From an uncultured Staphylococcaceae bacterium (lineage in GTDB: Bacteria; Bacillota_I; Bacilli_A; ML615J-28; CAG-313): 64,000 nucleotides of DNA. Location of the stretch: positions 1,683 through 65,682 of the forward strand of contig CAYLLO010000002.1 in NCBI GenBank assembly GCA_964384805.1, in the 5' to 3' direction. The translations under genes and the position numbers were made by a program. Below are positions 24,286 through 34,935 of the stretch, one piece after another (the first letter of the stretch is position 1; every line of letters starts with the position of its first letter). The notes beneath the pieces were generated by a model. That model had not been told where the DNA came from. It saw only the letters and a list, made by a program, of their open reading frames with translations, and searched no databases.

Positions 24286-24782
24286 TATGACACCCCTTCC
24301 TTAATTATCATTTTAAATTCTTGATAATTACTTAAAATTATTATAACCAATTTTAGTAAGCTAATACTTATCTTTAGTTTACCTTCTATTTTTTTATGAT
24401 TTATGGCCATATTATAACTTTCTTTATTTACTTTTTTGACCATTGTATAAAGTCTATTTTTAATCATAAGTAAGGTCATATGGCTTAAAAAAACAATATA
24501 TGGACTATCACTTACCTTAAATCCAACTTTTATTTCTATTTCTTCAATAATACTAGCTTTAAGTATCTTATTAACAATAGGTTGCTGAAACTTCTTAATA
24601 TTTACCAAAATTCTTTTGAACTTTAATTTTTTTTCTGGTTTTATATTTAGTTTTTTCTTATATATTTTCCCAATTATTAAATAAGCTGAAAGTTCATCTT
24701 TTTTTTCTACTCTCAGTTCCACTTTAAGTAGCATTAAAATAACTAATACAATAATTGCTCCTGCTACTACCTTATAGTACAT
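24285..24782 (-). CDS. YtfI-like DUF2953 sporulation protein
   Basis: 165 aa with an N-terminal TM helix. Its position upstream of ytfJ matches the ytfI-ytfJ pairing in B. subtilis. Confidence 0.5.
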   Translation of the reverse strand: MYYKVVAGAIIVLVILMLLKVELRVEKKDELSAYLIIGKIYKKKLNIKPEKKLKFKRILVNIKKFQQPIVNKILKASIIEEIEIKVGFKVSDSPYIVFLSHMTLLMIKNRLYTMVKKVNKESYNMAINHKKIEGKLKISISLLKLVIIILSNYQEFKMIIKEGVS

Positions 24783-24864
24783 ATTATCCCTCCCCCTAAT
24801 ATTTTTAACTTTTTTTCTTTTTTTATTAATACTTTATGTTAAAATATATTAAAGGATTAGAAGT

Positions 24865-25803
24865 ATGAATAGAATTAGAAATTATCGAACCATTAAATTA
24901 ATTAAATTTTACCAAAAACATAAGCGCATTTCGGGAAGATGTCACTTTATTCCTAGTTGTTCAAATTATGCAATTGAGGCATATCAAAAGTTTAATTGGT
25001 TTTATGCCTCCCTTTTAACTGGTTTTAGAATTTTACGTTGTCATCCATTTGCTAGAAGAAGGGTAGACTTGGTCCCCCTAACTAAAGAGGAGAAAAAAAC
25101 GCAAAAAATTCTCTCTTCCCTAAAACAACAATATGACTCTTTTTATATTGATACCATTTTGAAACATTCATATTTATATCCAATGGAAAATGTTGATTAT
25201 GCTATTTTAACTATTGAATATTTGTATGGTTTTAACTTATTTGTTGGTAAATCTACTTATAATAAATTAGAATATTTAGGGAAAAACTATGTAAGATGTA
25301 ATTTTATAAATAATAATAAACCACTTATTAATCAACAAGAAGTTAACAAGTATTTAACTATTTTAACTCTGCTAAATGATTATGGATTTATTAACTTTAC
25401 TAATCAATTTTGGAATTTTGACGATTTACATCATAGTCAAACATACATCAATAATAGTTGTATTGATTATGGAGTTTGTAGTACAAAAGATTTACCTATC
25501 ACTTTTTGGAAAAAACAAATAGAAAATTTTTTTATTGAACAAACAATAATTGGTTTTGAAAATACTAATAAAGAAATGTTGTCATATTTCCAGAAGGAAT
25601 GGCAAGCAATTGTTGTGGAAAGTGAAAATCTAACTCCTAAATTAATACACTCTCTTAAAAATAAAATCATTATTGTAACCGGCAATAATTTAACAAATCC
25701 TAAAATATCATATTTTTTAAATTGTATTGTCCGTTTTTATTATCAGGATGAAATATTTGATTTAAATAAATATAATATCTTAATTCCTAAAGAAAAGAGT
25801 TGA
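24865..25803 (+). CDS. yidD: Membrane protein insertion efficiency factor YidD fused to a ~240-aa C-terminal domain of unknown function
   Basis: The N-terminal 70 aa carry the YidD signature (CHFIPSCSNYAIEA ... LRCHPF). The following ~240 aa match nothing I recognise. Confidence 0.6.
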   Translation: MNRIRNYRTIKLIKFYQKHKRISGRCHFIPSCSNYAIEAYQKFNWFYASLLTGFRILRCHPFARRRVDLVPLTKEEKKTQKILSSLKQQYDSFYIDTILKHSYLYPMENVDYAILTIEYLYGFNLFVGKSTYNKLEYLGKNYVRCNFINNNKPLINQQEVNKYLTILTLLNDYGFINFTNQFWNFDDLHHSQTYINNSCIDYGVCSTKDLPITFWKKQIENFFIEQTIIGFENTNKEMLSYFQKEWQAIVVESENLTPKLIHSLKNKIIIVTGNNLTNPKISYFLNCIVRFYYQDEIFDLNKYNILIPKEKS

Positions 25804-25836
25804 AAACTTCTCTCCTGAATTTCAACTCTTTTTTTA
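25797..25836. terminator. Bidirectional rho-independent terminator between the convergent yidD-fusion and rubrerythrin genes
   Basis: Stem GAGTTGAAA/TTTCAACTC with a 14-nt loop. A T8 run follows on the plus strand and a T-rich run on the minus strand. Confidence 0.6.
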
Positions 25837-25841
25837 TTAGA

Positions 25842-26375
25842 TTAGTAATTTTCTTTTCTTACTTCAAAGAAACTTTGAGGATGAGCACATACTGGACATA
25901 CTAAAGGAGCTTTTTTACCCATTACTAAATGCCCACAATTACGACATTCCCACATTGTTTCTTCACTTTTTTCGAATACTTTTTGCATTTCTACATTATT
26001 TAATAATGCACGATATCTTTCTTCATGTGATTTTTCAATTGCTGCTACCATTCTAAATTGATACGCTAAAGCTTTAAATCCTTCTTCTTCGGCTTCTTTT
26101 GCGAAAGCATCATACATATCAGTCCATTCATAATTTTCACCTTCAGCAGCAGCTAGTAAGTTTTGAGCAGTATCACCTAATTCACCTAATGCCTTAAACC
26201 ACATTTTAGCATGTTCTTTTTCATTATTAGCAGTTTGTTCAAAAATAGCAGCAATTTGTTCATACCCTTCTTTTCTAGCAACGCTAGCAAAATATGTATA
26301 TTTATTTCTTGCTTGACTTTCTCCAGCAAACGCTGTCATTAAATTTTTTTCTGTTTTCGATCCTTTTAATTCCAT
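25842..26375 (-). CDS. rbr: Rubrerythrin
   Basis: It has a ferritin-like diiron domain and a C-terminal rubredoxin CxxC...CxxC. The probable start is MELKGS at 26375, which removes the overlap with the Fur-family gene. Confidence 0.85.
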   Translation of the reverse strand: MELKGSKTEKNLMTAFAGESQARNKYTYFASVARKEGYEQIAAIFEQTANNEKEHAKMWFKALGELGDTAQNLLAAAEGENYEWTDMYDAFAKEAEEEGFKALAYQFRMVAAIEKSHEERYRALLNNVEMQKVFEKSEETMWECRNCGHLVMGKKAPLVCPVCAHPQSFFEVRKENY

Positions 26376-26397
26376 TATTTTTATACCCTTTCTTATT

Positions 26398-26778
26398 TTA
26401 ATTATTTTTTTGGCAATGAGAACAAATTCCCTGTAAAGATAATTCATATCTTTCGATTAAAGAATCAGTTTTTGTAGCAAAATCATTAATTAATTCTCTA
26501 ATATTTTCATCCATTATATCAATTACTTTACCACAATTTTTACATACAAAATGAGAATGCAGAACGACAGTTTTATCAAATCGTTCATTATCTCCAACAA
26601 TTTTAATTTTTTTAATTAACCCTTGTTCATAAAGCAAATTCAAATTGCGGTAGACAGTTCCTAAACTAATATTAGTTATACTTTCCCTTGCTCGAGTATA
26701 AATCATATCAACCGTTGGATGATCGTCACTTTCTCTTACTACTCTTAAAATAGCCTCTCTTTGTTTACTGTTTCTCAT
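26398..26778 (-). CDS. perR: Fur-family transcriptional regulator (PerR-like peroxide sensor)
   Basis: 126 aa with an HTH and two CxxC pairs. It sits upstream of rubrerythrin. Confidence 0.7.
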   Translation of the reverse strand: MRNSKQREAILRVVRESDDHPTVDMIYTRARESITNISLGTVYRNLNLLYEQGLIKKIKIVGDNERFDKTVVLHSHFVCKNCGKVIDIMDENIRELINDFATKTDSLIERYELSLQGICSHCQKNN

Positions 26779-26883
26779 ATTTCACCTTAAATAGTAATGA
26801 TTACTATTATCAATTATATTATAATATAATCAATAATTCTTGTCAAGATTTTATATAACTATTATTTACTAATTGTGATAATT

Positions 26884-28629
26884 TTATTCTTTAAATTGAT
26901 ATTGATATAGATTAGCATAAACACCATTAAGTTTTAATAAATCTTCGTGATTACCTTTTTCAATAATTCCTTCATTATTAATAACCATAATTTCATCTGC
27001 ATTTTTAACAGTTGATAAACGATGAGCAACCACAATTGTTGTACGACCAATACTTAATTTCTCTAATGCTGCTTGAATTTGCATTTCTGTCATATTATCT
27101 AAAGCACTAGTGGCCTCATCCAATATTAAAATGGGAGGATTTTTTAAAAATGCTCTCGCAATTGAAATACGTTGTTTTTGACCTCCAGATAGTTTGACCC
27201 CTCGTTCTCCGACATTAGTATCATAACCTTCCTCTAAATTCATAATAAAATCATGAATATTAGCTTTTTTACATGCTTCAATAATTTCTTCATCAGTTGC
27301 TTGGAAATTACCATAAGCAATATTATCTTTGATAGTACCACCAAATAAGAATACATCTTGGGCTACCATACCAATTTGTTTGCGTAAAGAATGGCGCGTA
27401 TATTTTCTAATATCTACATCATCTATTTTAATGCTTCCTGATAATATTTCATAAAAACGAGGAATTAAATGACAAATTGTCGTTTTTCCGCCTCCTGATG
27501 GTCCTACTAAAGCAATTGTTTTTCCTTTTGAAATTTCAAATGAAATATTAGATAAAACTAATTTTTTAGGATCAAAATCTTTATATTCAGAAGTTTTGAC
27601 ATCATATTTAAAATCAACATTTTCAAAGATAATGCTTTTTTTAAACTCTTTCAATTCAATTGCATTAGCATCATCTAACTCTGCTTGCGTATTCATAATT
27701 TCTTGAAAACGGGCAAACCCGGTCATTCCATTTTGAATTTGTTCATATATGGCAACTAAAGTCCTAATTGGTGAAATTATCATTGTTACATACAAAATGT
27801 ATGCTGCAAAATCTCCACCATTTATACGGTCATAGTAAAAGAATAAACCACCTGCCACTAAAGCAATAAGATATAAGAAATCCATAAAAAACTGCATTCC
27901 TGATCCAAATATTCCCATTTCTTTATATGCTTTTCCACGTGCATTTTTAAATTCTTCATTATGTTTATCAAAAACTTTAATTTCATGTTTACTTGCGGTA
28001 TAAGCCTTAGATACTCTTATTCCAGAAACACTACTTTCAACTTGAGAATTAATTATACCCGTTTCTTCACGCATTTGTTTAAAAGCATTACGCATTTTCT
28101 TTCTTCTAAACATTGCATAAGCAACAATAAATGGTATTGTTATAAAAGTAATTAAAGTTAACCACGGATCAATAGAAATAGCCATTAAGATTCCCGCACC
28201 AATTAAAGTAATTAACGATAAAAATATATCCTCAGGTCCATGATGAGCCAGTTCTGCAATATCCATTAAGTCATTAATAATTCTAGACATAATAGTTCCC
28301 GTTTTGTTTTCATCAAAATAACTAAAAGGTAGTGCTTCTAAATGTGCAAATAACTCTTTACGCATATCCCCTTGAATATAGACACCTACCATATGTCCCC
28401 AATATTGAATAATAAAATTAAGAATCCCTTTAAGAATGTAGATAATCAATAATACGATTGCCACAATAATTAAAGCTTGAATATTTTTGTTTGGAACATA
28501 ATCATTAATTATATTTCTAGTTAGTGTAGGATATATTAAATTACATATCGCAACTAAAAAAGCACAAAACAAATCAAAGATAAATAATTTTAAATGTGGT
28601 TTATAGTAAGAACAAAATTTTTTTAACAT
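26884..28629 (-). CDS. ABC transporter permease/ATP-binding protein (type I exporter, MsbA-like)
   Basis: 581 aa with 6 TM helices plus an NBD carrying Walker A (GPSGGGKTT), the signature LSGGQ and Walker B. Confidence 0.8.
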   Translation of the reverse strand: MLKKFCSYYKPHLKLFIFDLFCAFLVAICNLIYPTLTRNIINDYVPNKNIQALIIVAIVLLIIYILKGILNFIIQYWGHMVGVYIQGDMRKELFAHLEALPFSYFDENKTGTIMSRIINDLMDIAELAHHGPEDIFLSLITLIGAGILMAISIDPWLTLITFITIPFIVAYAMFRRKKMRNAFKQMREETGIINSQVESSVSGIRVSKAYTASKHEIKVFDKHNEEFKNARGKAYKEMGIFGSGMQFFMDFLYLIALVAGGLFFYYDRINGGDFAAYILYVTMIISPIRTLVAIYEQIQNGMTGFARFQEIMNTQAELDDANAIELKEFKKSIIFENVDFKYDVKTSEYKDFDPKKLVLSNISFEISKGKTIALVGPSGGGKTTICHLIPRFYEILSGSIKIDDVDIRKYTRHSLRKQIGMVAQDVFLFGGTIKDNIAYGNFQATDEEIIEACKKANIHDFIMNLEEGYDTNVGERGVKLSGGQKQRISIARAFLKNPPILILDEATSALDNMTEMQIQAALEKLSIGRTTIVVAHRLSTVKNADEIMVINNEGIIEKGNHEDLLKLNGVYANLYQYQFKE

Positions 28630-28691
28630 TGAATTTTTCTCCTTATGTAATTATAATTTTTTTCATTAAAAAAGAGTTTTTTACTTCATAA

Positions 28692-28713
28692 AAACACTTC
28701 TCAAAGAAGTGTT
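28692..28713 (-). terminator. Putative terminator after chrA
   Basis: 9-bp stem AACACTTCT/AGAAGTGTT with a 3-nt loop, followed on the minus strand by TTTAT. Confidence 0.35.
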
Positions 28714-28739
28714 AATAATTATTAATGAATTAAAATGTC

Positions 28740-29303
28740 CTAAATAACTCCATAGGCAATAATTCCTAATCCTGCTGATATTAATATCAAAATAATCGGA
28801 TTTATTTTTTTCTTAAATATTAGTTTTAATCCTATTAAAATAACAATAATAACCAAGGCTTTGTAATCAAAAATATAATTAGTCTCAACTCCTGACTTAA
28901 AAATCTCCTTTAAGATTAATTCGGCAGAAATTACAAAAATCATTCCACACACAACAGCCTTGACGCCATTCATTACAGCATTAACATATTTATTAGTTAT
29001 AAATTTTTCATATATTTTAAATATCGCAATAATAATAATAATTGATGGGGTAATCACTCCTAAAGTGGTAATAATTCCCCCTATTATTCCTGCTTGGGAA
29101 ACTCCGACAAACGTCGCCATGTTTATCGCAAATGGACCCGGAGTGGATTCACTAATTGCTAAGAAATTAATTAAATCAGTTTCTGTTAACCACCCCTTCG
29201 AAATAACTTCACTTTCAATCATCGGAATCATTGCATATCCGCCACCAATAGTGAATAAACCTATCTTAAAAAAAGTCCAGAAAAGTAATAATAACTTAAT
29301 CAT
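28740..29303 (-). CDS. chrA: Chromate transporter ChrA family, short-chain half (C-terminal-type)
   Basis: 187 aa. It is the second member of a two-gene short ChrA pair. Confidence 0.7.
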   Translation of the reverse strand: MIKLLLLFWTFFKIGLFTIGGGYAMIPMIESEVISKGWLTETDLINFLAISESTPGPFAINMATFVGVSQAGIIGGIITTLGVITPSIIIIIAIFKIYEKFITNKYVNAVMNGVKAVVCGMIFVISAELILKEIFKSGVETNYIFDYKALVIIVILIGLKLIFKKKINPIILILISAGLGIIAYGVI

Positions 29304-29868
29304 TTAATTCACCTTTTGCTTTCCTTTCTTGGTTGAATATAAATAGATTAATAATTAATCCTAAAATACCACCACCGATAATAATATAAATTGTCGAAAT
29401 TTCTGGAAAAGCTAACATCATTACGACAGCTAACACCAATAAAACATATGTATACCAATATTTTTTATTACCTTTAAAAATTTTAATTGCCGCTAATAAG
29501 ACCAGTACCCCTACTGCACAACGAATTCCCATAAAAGCATACTCAACATATTCTAAAGCTAAAAATTCATCAACGAAAAAAGAAATTATTGTGATAATGA
29601 CAACTGATGGAAAAACCAAAGAAAGAGTAGCTAAAATAGCCCCTGGAAATTTGGCAACTTTATAACCTACAAAGGTCGCCGTATTTACAGCTATTGCTCC
29701 TGGTGTCGATTCCGCAATTGCAATTAAATCTACCATTTCATTAGTTTTTAACCAACCATGTTTTTCAACTACTTCTCTTTCAATAATTGGCAACATTGCT
29801 AGTCCACCACCAAAGGTAAACAATCCTACTTTAAAAAATGTCTTCATTAAAGCCCATATATTTTTCAT
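29296..29868 (-). CDS. chrA: Chromate transporter ChrA family, short-chain half (N-terminal-type)
   Basis: 190 aa. It overlaps the partner gene by 8 nt. Confidence 0.7.
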   Translation of the reverse strand: MKNIWALMKTFFKVGLFTFGGGLAMLPIIEREVVEKHGWLKTNEMVDLIAIAESTPGAIAVNTATFVGYKVAKFPGAILATLSLVFPSVVIITIISFFVDEFLALEYVEYAFMGIRCAVGVLVLLAAIKIFKGNKKYWYTYVLLVLAVVMMLAFPEISTIYIIIGGGILGLIINLFIFNQERKAKGELND

Positions 29869-29991
29869 ATTTTATAACACCTACTTTTTAACATTGTAAT
29901 TTTTTATTTCTATTTTTGTATAACAACATTTTTTATCCATTCAATTTTTTCAATATTGTACGACATTTTAATAAAGAAAAATTAAATGTTG

Positions 29992-31524
29992 TTAATTATC
30001 CATTGAATCAAAAACTTCTAATTTTTTAGTTGGAATAGGTTTACTATCACCATGTTTAACACATATCATCGTAATAAAAGCTAACACACAGAAAACAACG
30101 CAATAAGGAAATAAAGCTGTCATATCAATAATATCCATTATAAGACCAGATAATATTGGAGTTACAATTTGAGCTGCCATTGCTGCAGTATAATAAATTC
30201 CCGTATATTTACCAACATCGCTAGACTTACTCATTTCCACAACCATTGGATATGAATTTACACTGATTGTAGCCCAACCAATTCCTGCCAAAGCCATAAC
30301 AACCCAAATTAAAATAGCCGAATTAGCTCTTACCAAACTTCCTAAAAGGAAAGCTAAAAATAAAATAATAACTCCAACAATTACCATTGTTTTGCGACCA
30401 TATTTGCTAGATAACATTCCGATTGGTGCATAACTTACAATTGCAGCTACATTAGCAATTATTAATGGCATCGTAAAACCAGTATCTAATACAGTTCCCG
30501 CATAAACACTAAACTTACTTGTTGCCGCATTATAAGCCATATACCAAAATGCAACAGCAAACAAAATTAAAATAAAAGATTTTTTGACATCTTTAGGCAT
30601 TTTTTCTTGAACCATATTATTTTCAACAACTTCTTCTTCAATACCATATTCTTTAGATTGTTGTTCCATCTCTTTGACAAATTGGTTTTCTTTAACTTTA
30701 ATCATAAATATTGTTAAACACAATAACATCAATATTCCCAAAACAATAAATGTTAAAGTGTAACTTTTATAATCTTTGGCAAGAAAAGTCATAAAGCCTA
30801 AAGCAGTAACTCCACCTGCTGCTCCCATTAAATTAATAATCGCATTAGCTTTACTTCTAAGCGGTTTAGGAGTTATATCTGGCATTAAGGAAACAGCTGG
30901 CGTTCTAAATAATGACATTGCTATCAAAATAATAAATAATACAACAATAAATCCAATACAATAACCAATATTATTATCTCTTATTTCAGCAACCTTTTCT
31001 GCTCTTACCTCAGCGGCTAATTCTTTATCTTTATAAAATTTGTTATCAAATAAATAAAGTATATCATCTTCTTTTAATTCATTAGTAGTCGCCTTTAATT
31101 CATCATTTTCTTCTATAAAATAATCATAACTACCAACAGCATAAATTTCACCGTTAGCAGCAACTTTTCCAATTTCTACAGTAACAACTTCCGAAATATT
31201 AGCCTCTTTTATTTTATTTAATTGTGCATTATCAAAAATAGAAATTCCCATAATTAACACCGCAGCGACTAAAGTCCCAAAGAAAATATACGGAGTTCGC
31301 TTACCATACTTCGTTTCAGTTTTATCTGAAAGAGACCCAAAAATTGGCAATAAGACTACTGCTAAAATATTGTCTAGTGCCATAACTATCCCTGACATTG
31401 TTTGATTAAATCCAAACGAGTTAATAAGAATTTTCGCAATAATATTATCATATACTTGCCAAAACATCATGATGATAAAAAATGCGAAACCTATATATAA
31501 AGTTCTCTTACTATTTAATTTCAT
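29992..31524 (-). CDS. MFS transporter
   Basis: 510 aa with about 12 TM helices and a large central loop. Confidence 0.65.
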   Translation of the reverse strand: MKLNSKRTLYIGFAFFIIMMFWQVYDNIIAKILINSFGFNQTMSGIVMALDNILAVVLLPIFGSLSDKTETKYGKRTPYIFFGTLVAAVLIMGISIFDNAQLNKIKEANISEVVTVEIGKVAANGEIYAVGSYDYFIEENDELKATTNELKEDDILYLFDNKFYKDKELAAEVRAEKVAEIRDNNIGYCIGFIVVLFIILIAMSLFRTPAVSLMPDITPKPLRSKANAIINLMGAAGGVTALGFMTFLAKDYKSYTLTFIVLGILMLLCLTIFMIKVKENQFVKEMEQQSKEYGIEEEVVENNMVQEKMPKDVKKSFILILFAVAFWYMAYNAATSKFSVYAGTVLDTGFTMPLIIANVAAIVSYAPIGMLSSKYGRKTMVIVGVIILFLAFLLGSLVRANSAILIWVVMALAGIGWATISVNSYPMVVEMSKSSDVGKYTGIYYTAAMAAQIVTPILSGLIMDIIDMTALFPYCVVFCVLAFITMICVKHGDSKPIPTKKLEVFDSMDN

Positions 31525-31611
31525 AATCTTTTCCTTTCAAAAATTTAGTTATATTACTTGATTATTTATGTTTATTATATCACATTTTATCAAATTTTGC
31601 CTTTAATATGG

Positions 31612-31640
31612 TTATAATAAAACAGGATATGACATCCTGT
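31612..31640 (-). terminator. Putative terminator at the end of the 37257->31642 gene string
   Basis: Stem ACAGGAT/ATCCTGT with a 5-nt loop directly after the stop at 31642. TTTATTAT follows on the minus strand. Confidence 0.4.
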
Positions 31641-31641
31641 C

Positions 31642-31986
31642 TTAAATAATATTAAAAAATATTAAAATATTTAAAATAAAAGTTCCTAATACAAATGAGA
31701 ATATATTACAAATAATACTAATTGAAAATGCTTTTTTATGATCTTTTAATATTAAATAATACCCTTGGGCTTCAATCCAAATTATTATTATTTCCAATAT
31801 GATTAATAAAATCCAATATACAATTATTTGATCACTTATAATCCCTAAAAGATAATTGAGGGTTATATTCGTTATAATATTCATAAATATGCTCATTAAT
31901 GGAACGAATTTATTTTTATGATAAAACACTAAAATAACCAAAAGCTCTAAAACAATTGTTAATAAACAAGCATACCAATTAATCAT
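31642..31986 (-). CDS. Small polytopic membrane protein
   Basis: 114 aa with 3-4 TM helices. It is translationally adjacent to 31987-33000. Confidence 0.4.
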   Translation of the reverse strand: MINWYACLLTIVLELLVILVFYHKNKFVPLMSIFMNIITNITLNYLLGIISDQIIVYWILLIILEIIIIWIEAQGYYLILKDHKKAFSISIICNIFSFVLGTFILNILIFFNII

Positions 31987-33000
31987 TTACTTTCTCCATT
32001 TTTGAATCTTATATATTGATAAGATAGTTAAAATACTAGAAATAATAACCATTATAATATAAGCATAACTATTATATGGATAAATAATTCCTAAAAAAAC
32101 TCCAGGAAATAAAACAGACGCTAGAATTCCAAAATTAAAACCTTCATGTCCTTGATTTAGTTTATTTAATTCATATAAACTAATCGGCATACTAATATTA
32201 ATCAACACCATTCCTATTGACATCAAAACAACTGAATTGGAAAAGAAAATTAAAATAATACAACAAATTCCCATACTAGTAATAATAGTAATTAAACTAC
32301 CAAATTTATCTCTTATAAATCCACCAATAAGTTTTCCTAAAGCTCCTAAACAAGAAAATAAAACAACTAATGTTAGTGAAATTTCAAAATCAAAATGGAT
32401 TATTTTTCCTAAGAATGATCTTAGAAAAACGACAATAACCATTAAAGATATTCCCCAAAATACTCGTCCCTTTGGCTTATGTTGACTTTCTATAACCGTT
32501 TGTTCATAATTTTTAATACATAGAATAACTATAATACTCAGTATTAAATATAACATCAAAGCCCCATAAACAATTATATTTAATTCATAAAAATTACTTC
32601 CTAAGGTAAGACCTATTGCTCCTAAAGATACAAAAACCCCTAAATGACTAGCTTTAGAAGAATCAATGTTTGTACAAATTTTTCCACCTATAACATGAAA
32701 TATTTGGTTACCTATTCCTAAAAAAATAATGCTGATTAACCAATTGTTAATTATAATTCCCAACAATAAACAAATAACAGAAAAAACTATTATCGACTTC
32801 CCGAAAAAATACTTATCTATTATTATTCCAATAAATGGTTGAAAAACAAAAGCCAGTGAATTATAAATAACAAAAATGTATAAAGCATACTCTATATATT
32901 TATGTCCTAAAATTCCTACCACTTTGTATCCACAAATAAAATCACAAAGCATATGCATTATAGATAGAGCTAATACTACTATAAAACTTTTTTTATTCAC
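31987..33000 (-). CDS. Polytopic membrane protein, possible MFS-like permease
   Basis: 337 aa with about 10 TM helices. It has a motif resembling MFS motif A (GIIIDKYFFGKS). Confidence 0.45.
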   Translation of the reverse strand: MNKKSFIVVLALSIMHMLCDFICGYKVVGILGHKYIEYALYIFVIYNSLAFVFQPFIGIIIDKYFFGKSIIVFSVICLLLGIIINNWLISIIFLGIGNQIFHVIGGKICTNIDSSKASHLGVFVSLGAIGLTLGSNFYELNIIVYGALMLYLILSIIVILCIKNYEQTVIESQHKPKGRVFWGISLMVIVVFLRSFLGKIIHFDFEISLTLVVLFSCLGALGKLIGGFIRDKFGSLITIITSMGICCIILIFFSNSVVLMSIGMVLINISMPISLYELNKLNQGHEGFNFGILASVLFPGVFLGIIYPYNSYAYIIMVIISSILTILSIYKIQKWRK

Positions 33001-33012
33001 CTTATCAAACTC

Positions 33013-33480
33013 CTATGCCACATAGGTAAATTCTACAATAACTACTATATGAAAAGCACCACGGATTCCCTCTACATATCCAAGAATTGCTTCTTCTGTT
33101 AAAGCATATGGCATCGTGATATAATTTTTAAGTGTTTGATCATGATTATATAATTTATATCCTACAATTTCATAACTAGCCACTTGTGTTTTATCAATAT
33201 TTTCATCAACAAAAATAGCTAATTGTTCTTCAGTAATTATGTCTCCAACTTGATATTTTTTAGACGAATCTAATTGCTGGTGATATCTAACAACTGGGAC
33301 ATAAGTATCTTCATACCCATTCTCATCAACAACCCCTTCAGTTGTAATCCACACAAAAAGTTTTCCTTCGTCTGTTGATGATTGGTAACAAGAAAAAGGC
33401 AATACTGCTACATCTAACATTAATAATCCTAATATTGCATACTTTAATAATTTTATCATATATACCTCCTGATATACCAT
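33013..33480 (-). CDS. Small secreted protein of unknown function
   Basis: Predicted signal peptide (MIKLLKYAILGLLMLDVAVLP). Confidence 0.4.
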   Translation of the reverse strand: MVYQEVYMIKLLKYAILGLLMLDVAVLPFSCYQSSTDEGKLFVWITTEGVVDENGYEDTYVPVVRYHQQLDSSKKYQVGDIITEEQLAIFVDENIDKTQVASYEIVGYKLYNHDQTLKNYITMPYALTEEAILGYVEGIRGAFHIVVIVEFTYVA

Positions 33481-33592
33481 ATAACAGTTTAAAAACTATT
33501 TTTATTGGTTATAATATATTTATTTGTAGTTTTATTATAAGACAAATACTATTTTTATTAACAAAAAGGATATGAAAAATCACATCCCTAAT

Positions 33593-34864
33593 TTAAAAAA
33601 TTACACTAATTCCATCAGGAATAATTGTTATTTTCTTATTTTTTCCTTTTAATTCTTGAGCTTTAGTAATTGCCTCATCTATTGTGTAAGCATGATCAAT
33701 ATGCATCCCCTTAATAATTGCTGGATTACATTTATCCGATACAATAATTACGTGAGCTTTACATAAAATACGAGCTAAAATTTGAGCTTCCCATTGATCA
33801 AATTCGGTATCTTTAGGCTCAACATCATTAAGCTTTTGGTAAGCAACTTCTGCTGAAGCATTATCAGCAAGTAATTTGTAGAAGAAATCTCCTCCTGTAC
33901 CATCTGCACATGATGAACAAATAATAATTACACCACCTGGATTAACACACGCTTCTCCAGCAGTCATTCCTTTAACAGTTTGATAAATATTTTGATCTAA
34001 TGGATATCCCCCATTAGTTGTGATAACAATATCTGAACAAACTGGATCAACATGGGCAATTTCTTTGACTAATTCACATCCATGAGCATGAGCTTTTTCT
34101 AAGTCTCCCGCAAATGCTTTGATAATCTTTTTTTCTCCGTTAATAACCACATTTAAAATAAATTGTAAATGAGCAGCTTTAGCAGCAAAAAGCATATCTT
34201 TATGAATTGGATTATCTTGTAAGCTTCCTGCTCTTGCATTCTTATTGGCAATAAACTTTGCATTATGATTCCATAGAACAGTTTTTTTAGAAGCGATGCC
34301 TGGTAATACTGATTTTCGTCCACCGCTGAATCCCGCAAAAAAATGTGGTTCAATGAATCCTTCAGAAATTAATAAATCAGCCTCATCAACTAGTTTATTA
34401 ACCCAAAGTTCCCCTCCTGATGGTAAAATTCCTTTAAATGTCATATCTTCATCAATATAAGCATTATGCATAATAATTGTTTCTTCTTTAACAATCTTTG
34501 CACCATATTTATTAACTAATTCTTCATGAGTAGATGCCCGATGCATACCAGTTGCAATTAAGATAGAAATTTTTACATTTTTATTATATTTTCTAATTTC
34601 TTCTAAAATAATTGGCATTGTAATATGACTTGGCACTGGGCGAGTGTGATCACTAGATATAACTACAATATGTTTTTTGTTCTTAGCAAGTTCACATAAT
34701 GGAAGAGAGGCAATTGGATGTTCTAATGCGTCTCTAACAAGTTCTGATTCTGATTTTTCAGGAACATACTCCTCAGTTTTCGAAGTTAAAACAGCAGCCA
34801 CCAATTCATCTGGTATGTTACAATCAATATATCCTTTATAATAAGGTAATTTAAAATTAGCCAT
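33593..34864 (-). CDS. LarA-family nickel-pincer-nucleotide-dependent 2-hydroxyacid racemase/epimerase (DUF2088)
   Basis: 423 aa with LarA-like N-terminus and motif (HIVVISSDHTRPVPS = DxTRPxP-like). Its length matches LarA. Confidence 0.7.
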   Translation of the reverse strand: MANFKLPYYKGYIDCNIPDELVAAVLTSKTEEYVPEKSESELVRDALEHPIASLPLCELAKNKKHIVVISSDHTRPVPSHITMPIILEEIRKYNKNVKISILIATGMHRASTHEELVNKYGAKIVKEETIIMHNAYIDEDMTFKGILPSGGELWVNKLVDEADLLISEGFIEPHFFAGFSGGRKSVLPGIASKKTVLWNHNAKFIANKNARAGSLQDNPIHKDMLFAAKAAHLQFILNVVINGEKKIIKAFAGDLEKAHAHGCELVKEIAHVDPVCSDIVITTNGGYPLDQNIYQTVKGMTAGEACVNPGGVIIICSSCADGTGGDFFYKLLADNASAEVAYQKLNDVEPKDTEFDQWEAQILARILCKAHVIIVSDKCNPAIIKGMHIDHAYTIDEAITKAQELKGKNKKITIIPDGISVIF

Positions 34865-34935
34865 AATTTAATCCTCTTTTATGAAAATTTTTAAGAAATA
34901 ATGTGCAACAAATAATTGCACATTATATTTTGTTT

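Noticed and set aside
33593-34864. Calling the LarA homolog a lactate racemase (larA)
   Set aside because: No larB/C/E, lactate permease or larR is nearby. Its neighbours are malic enzyme and an Ldh_2 dehydrogenase, so I kept only the family-level call.
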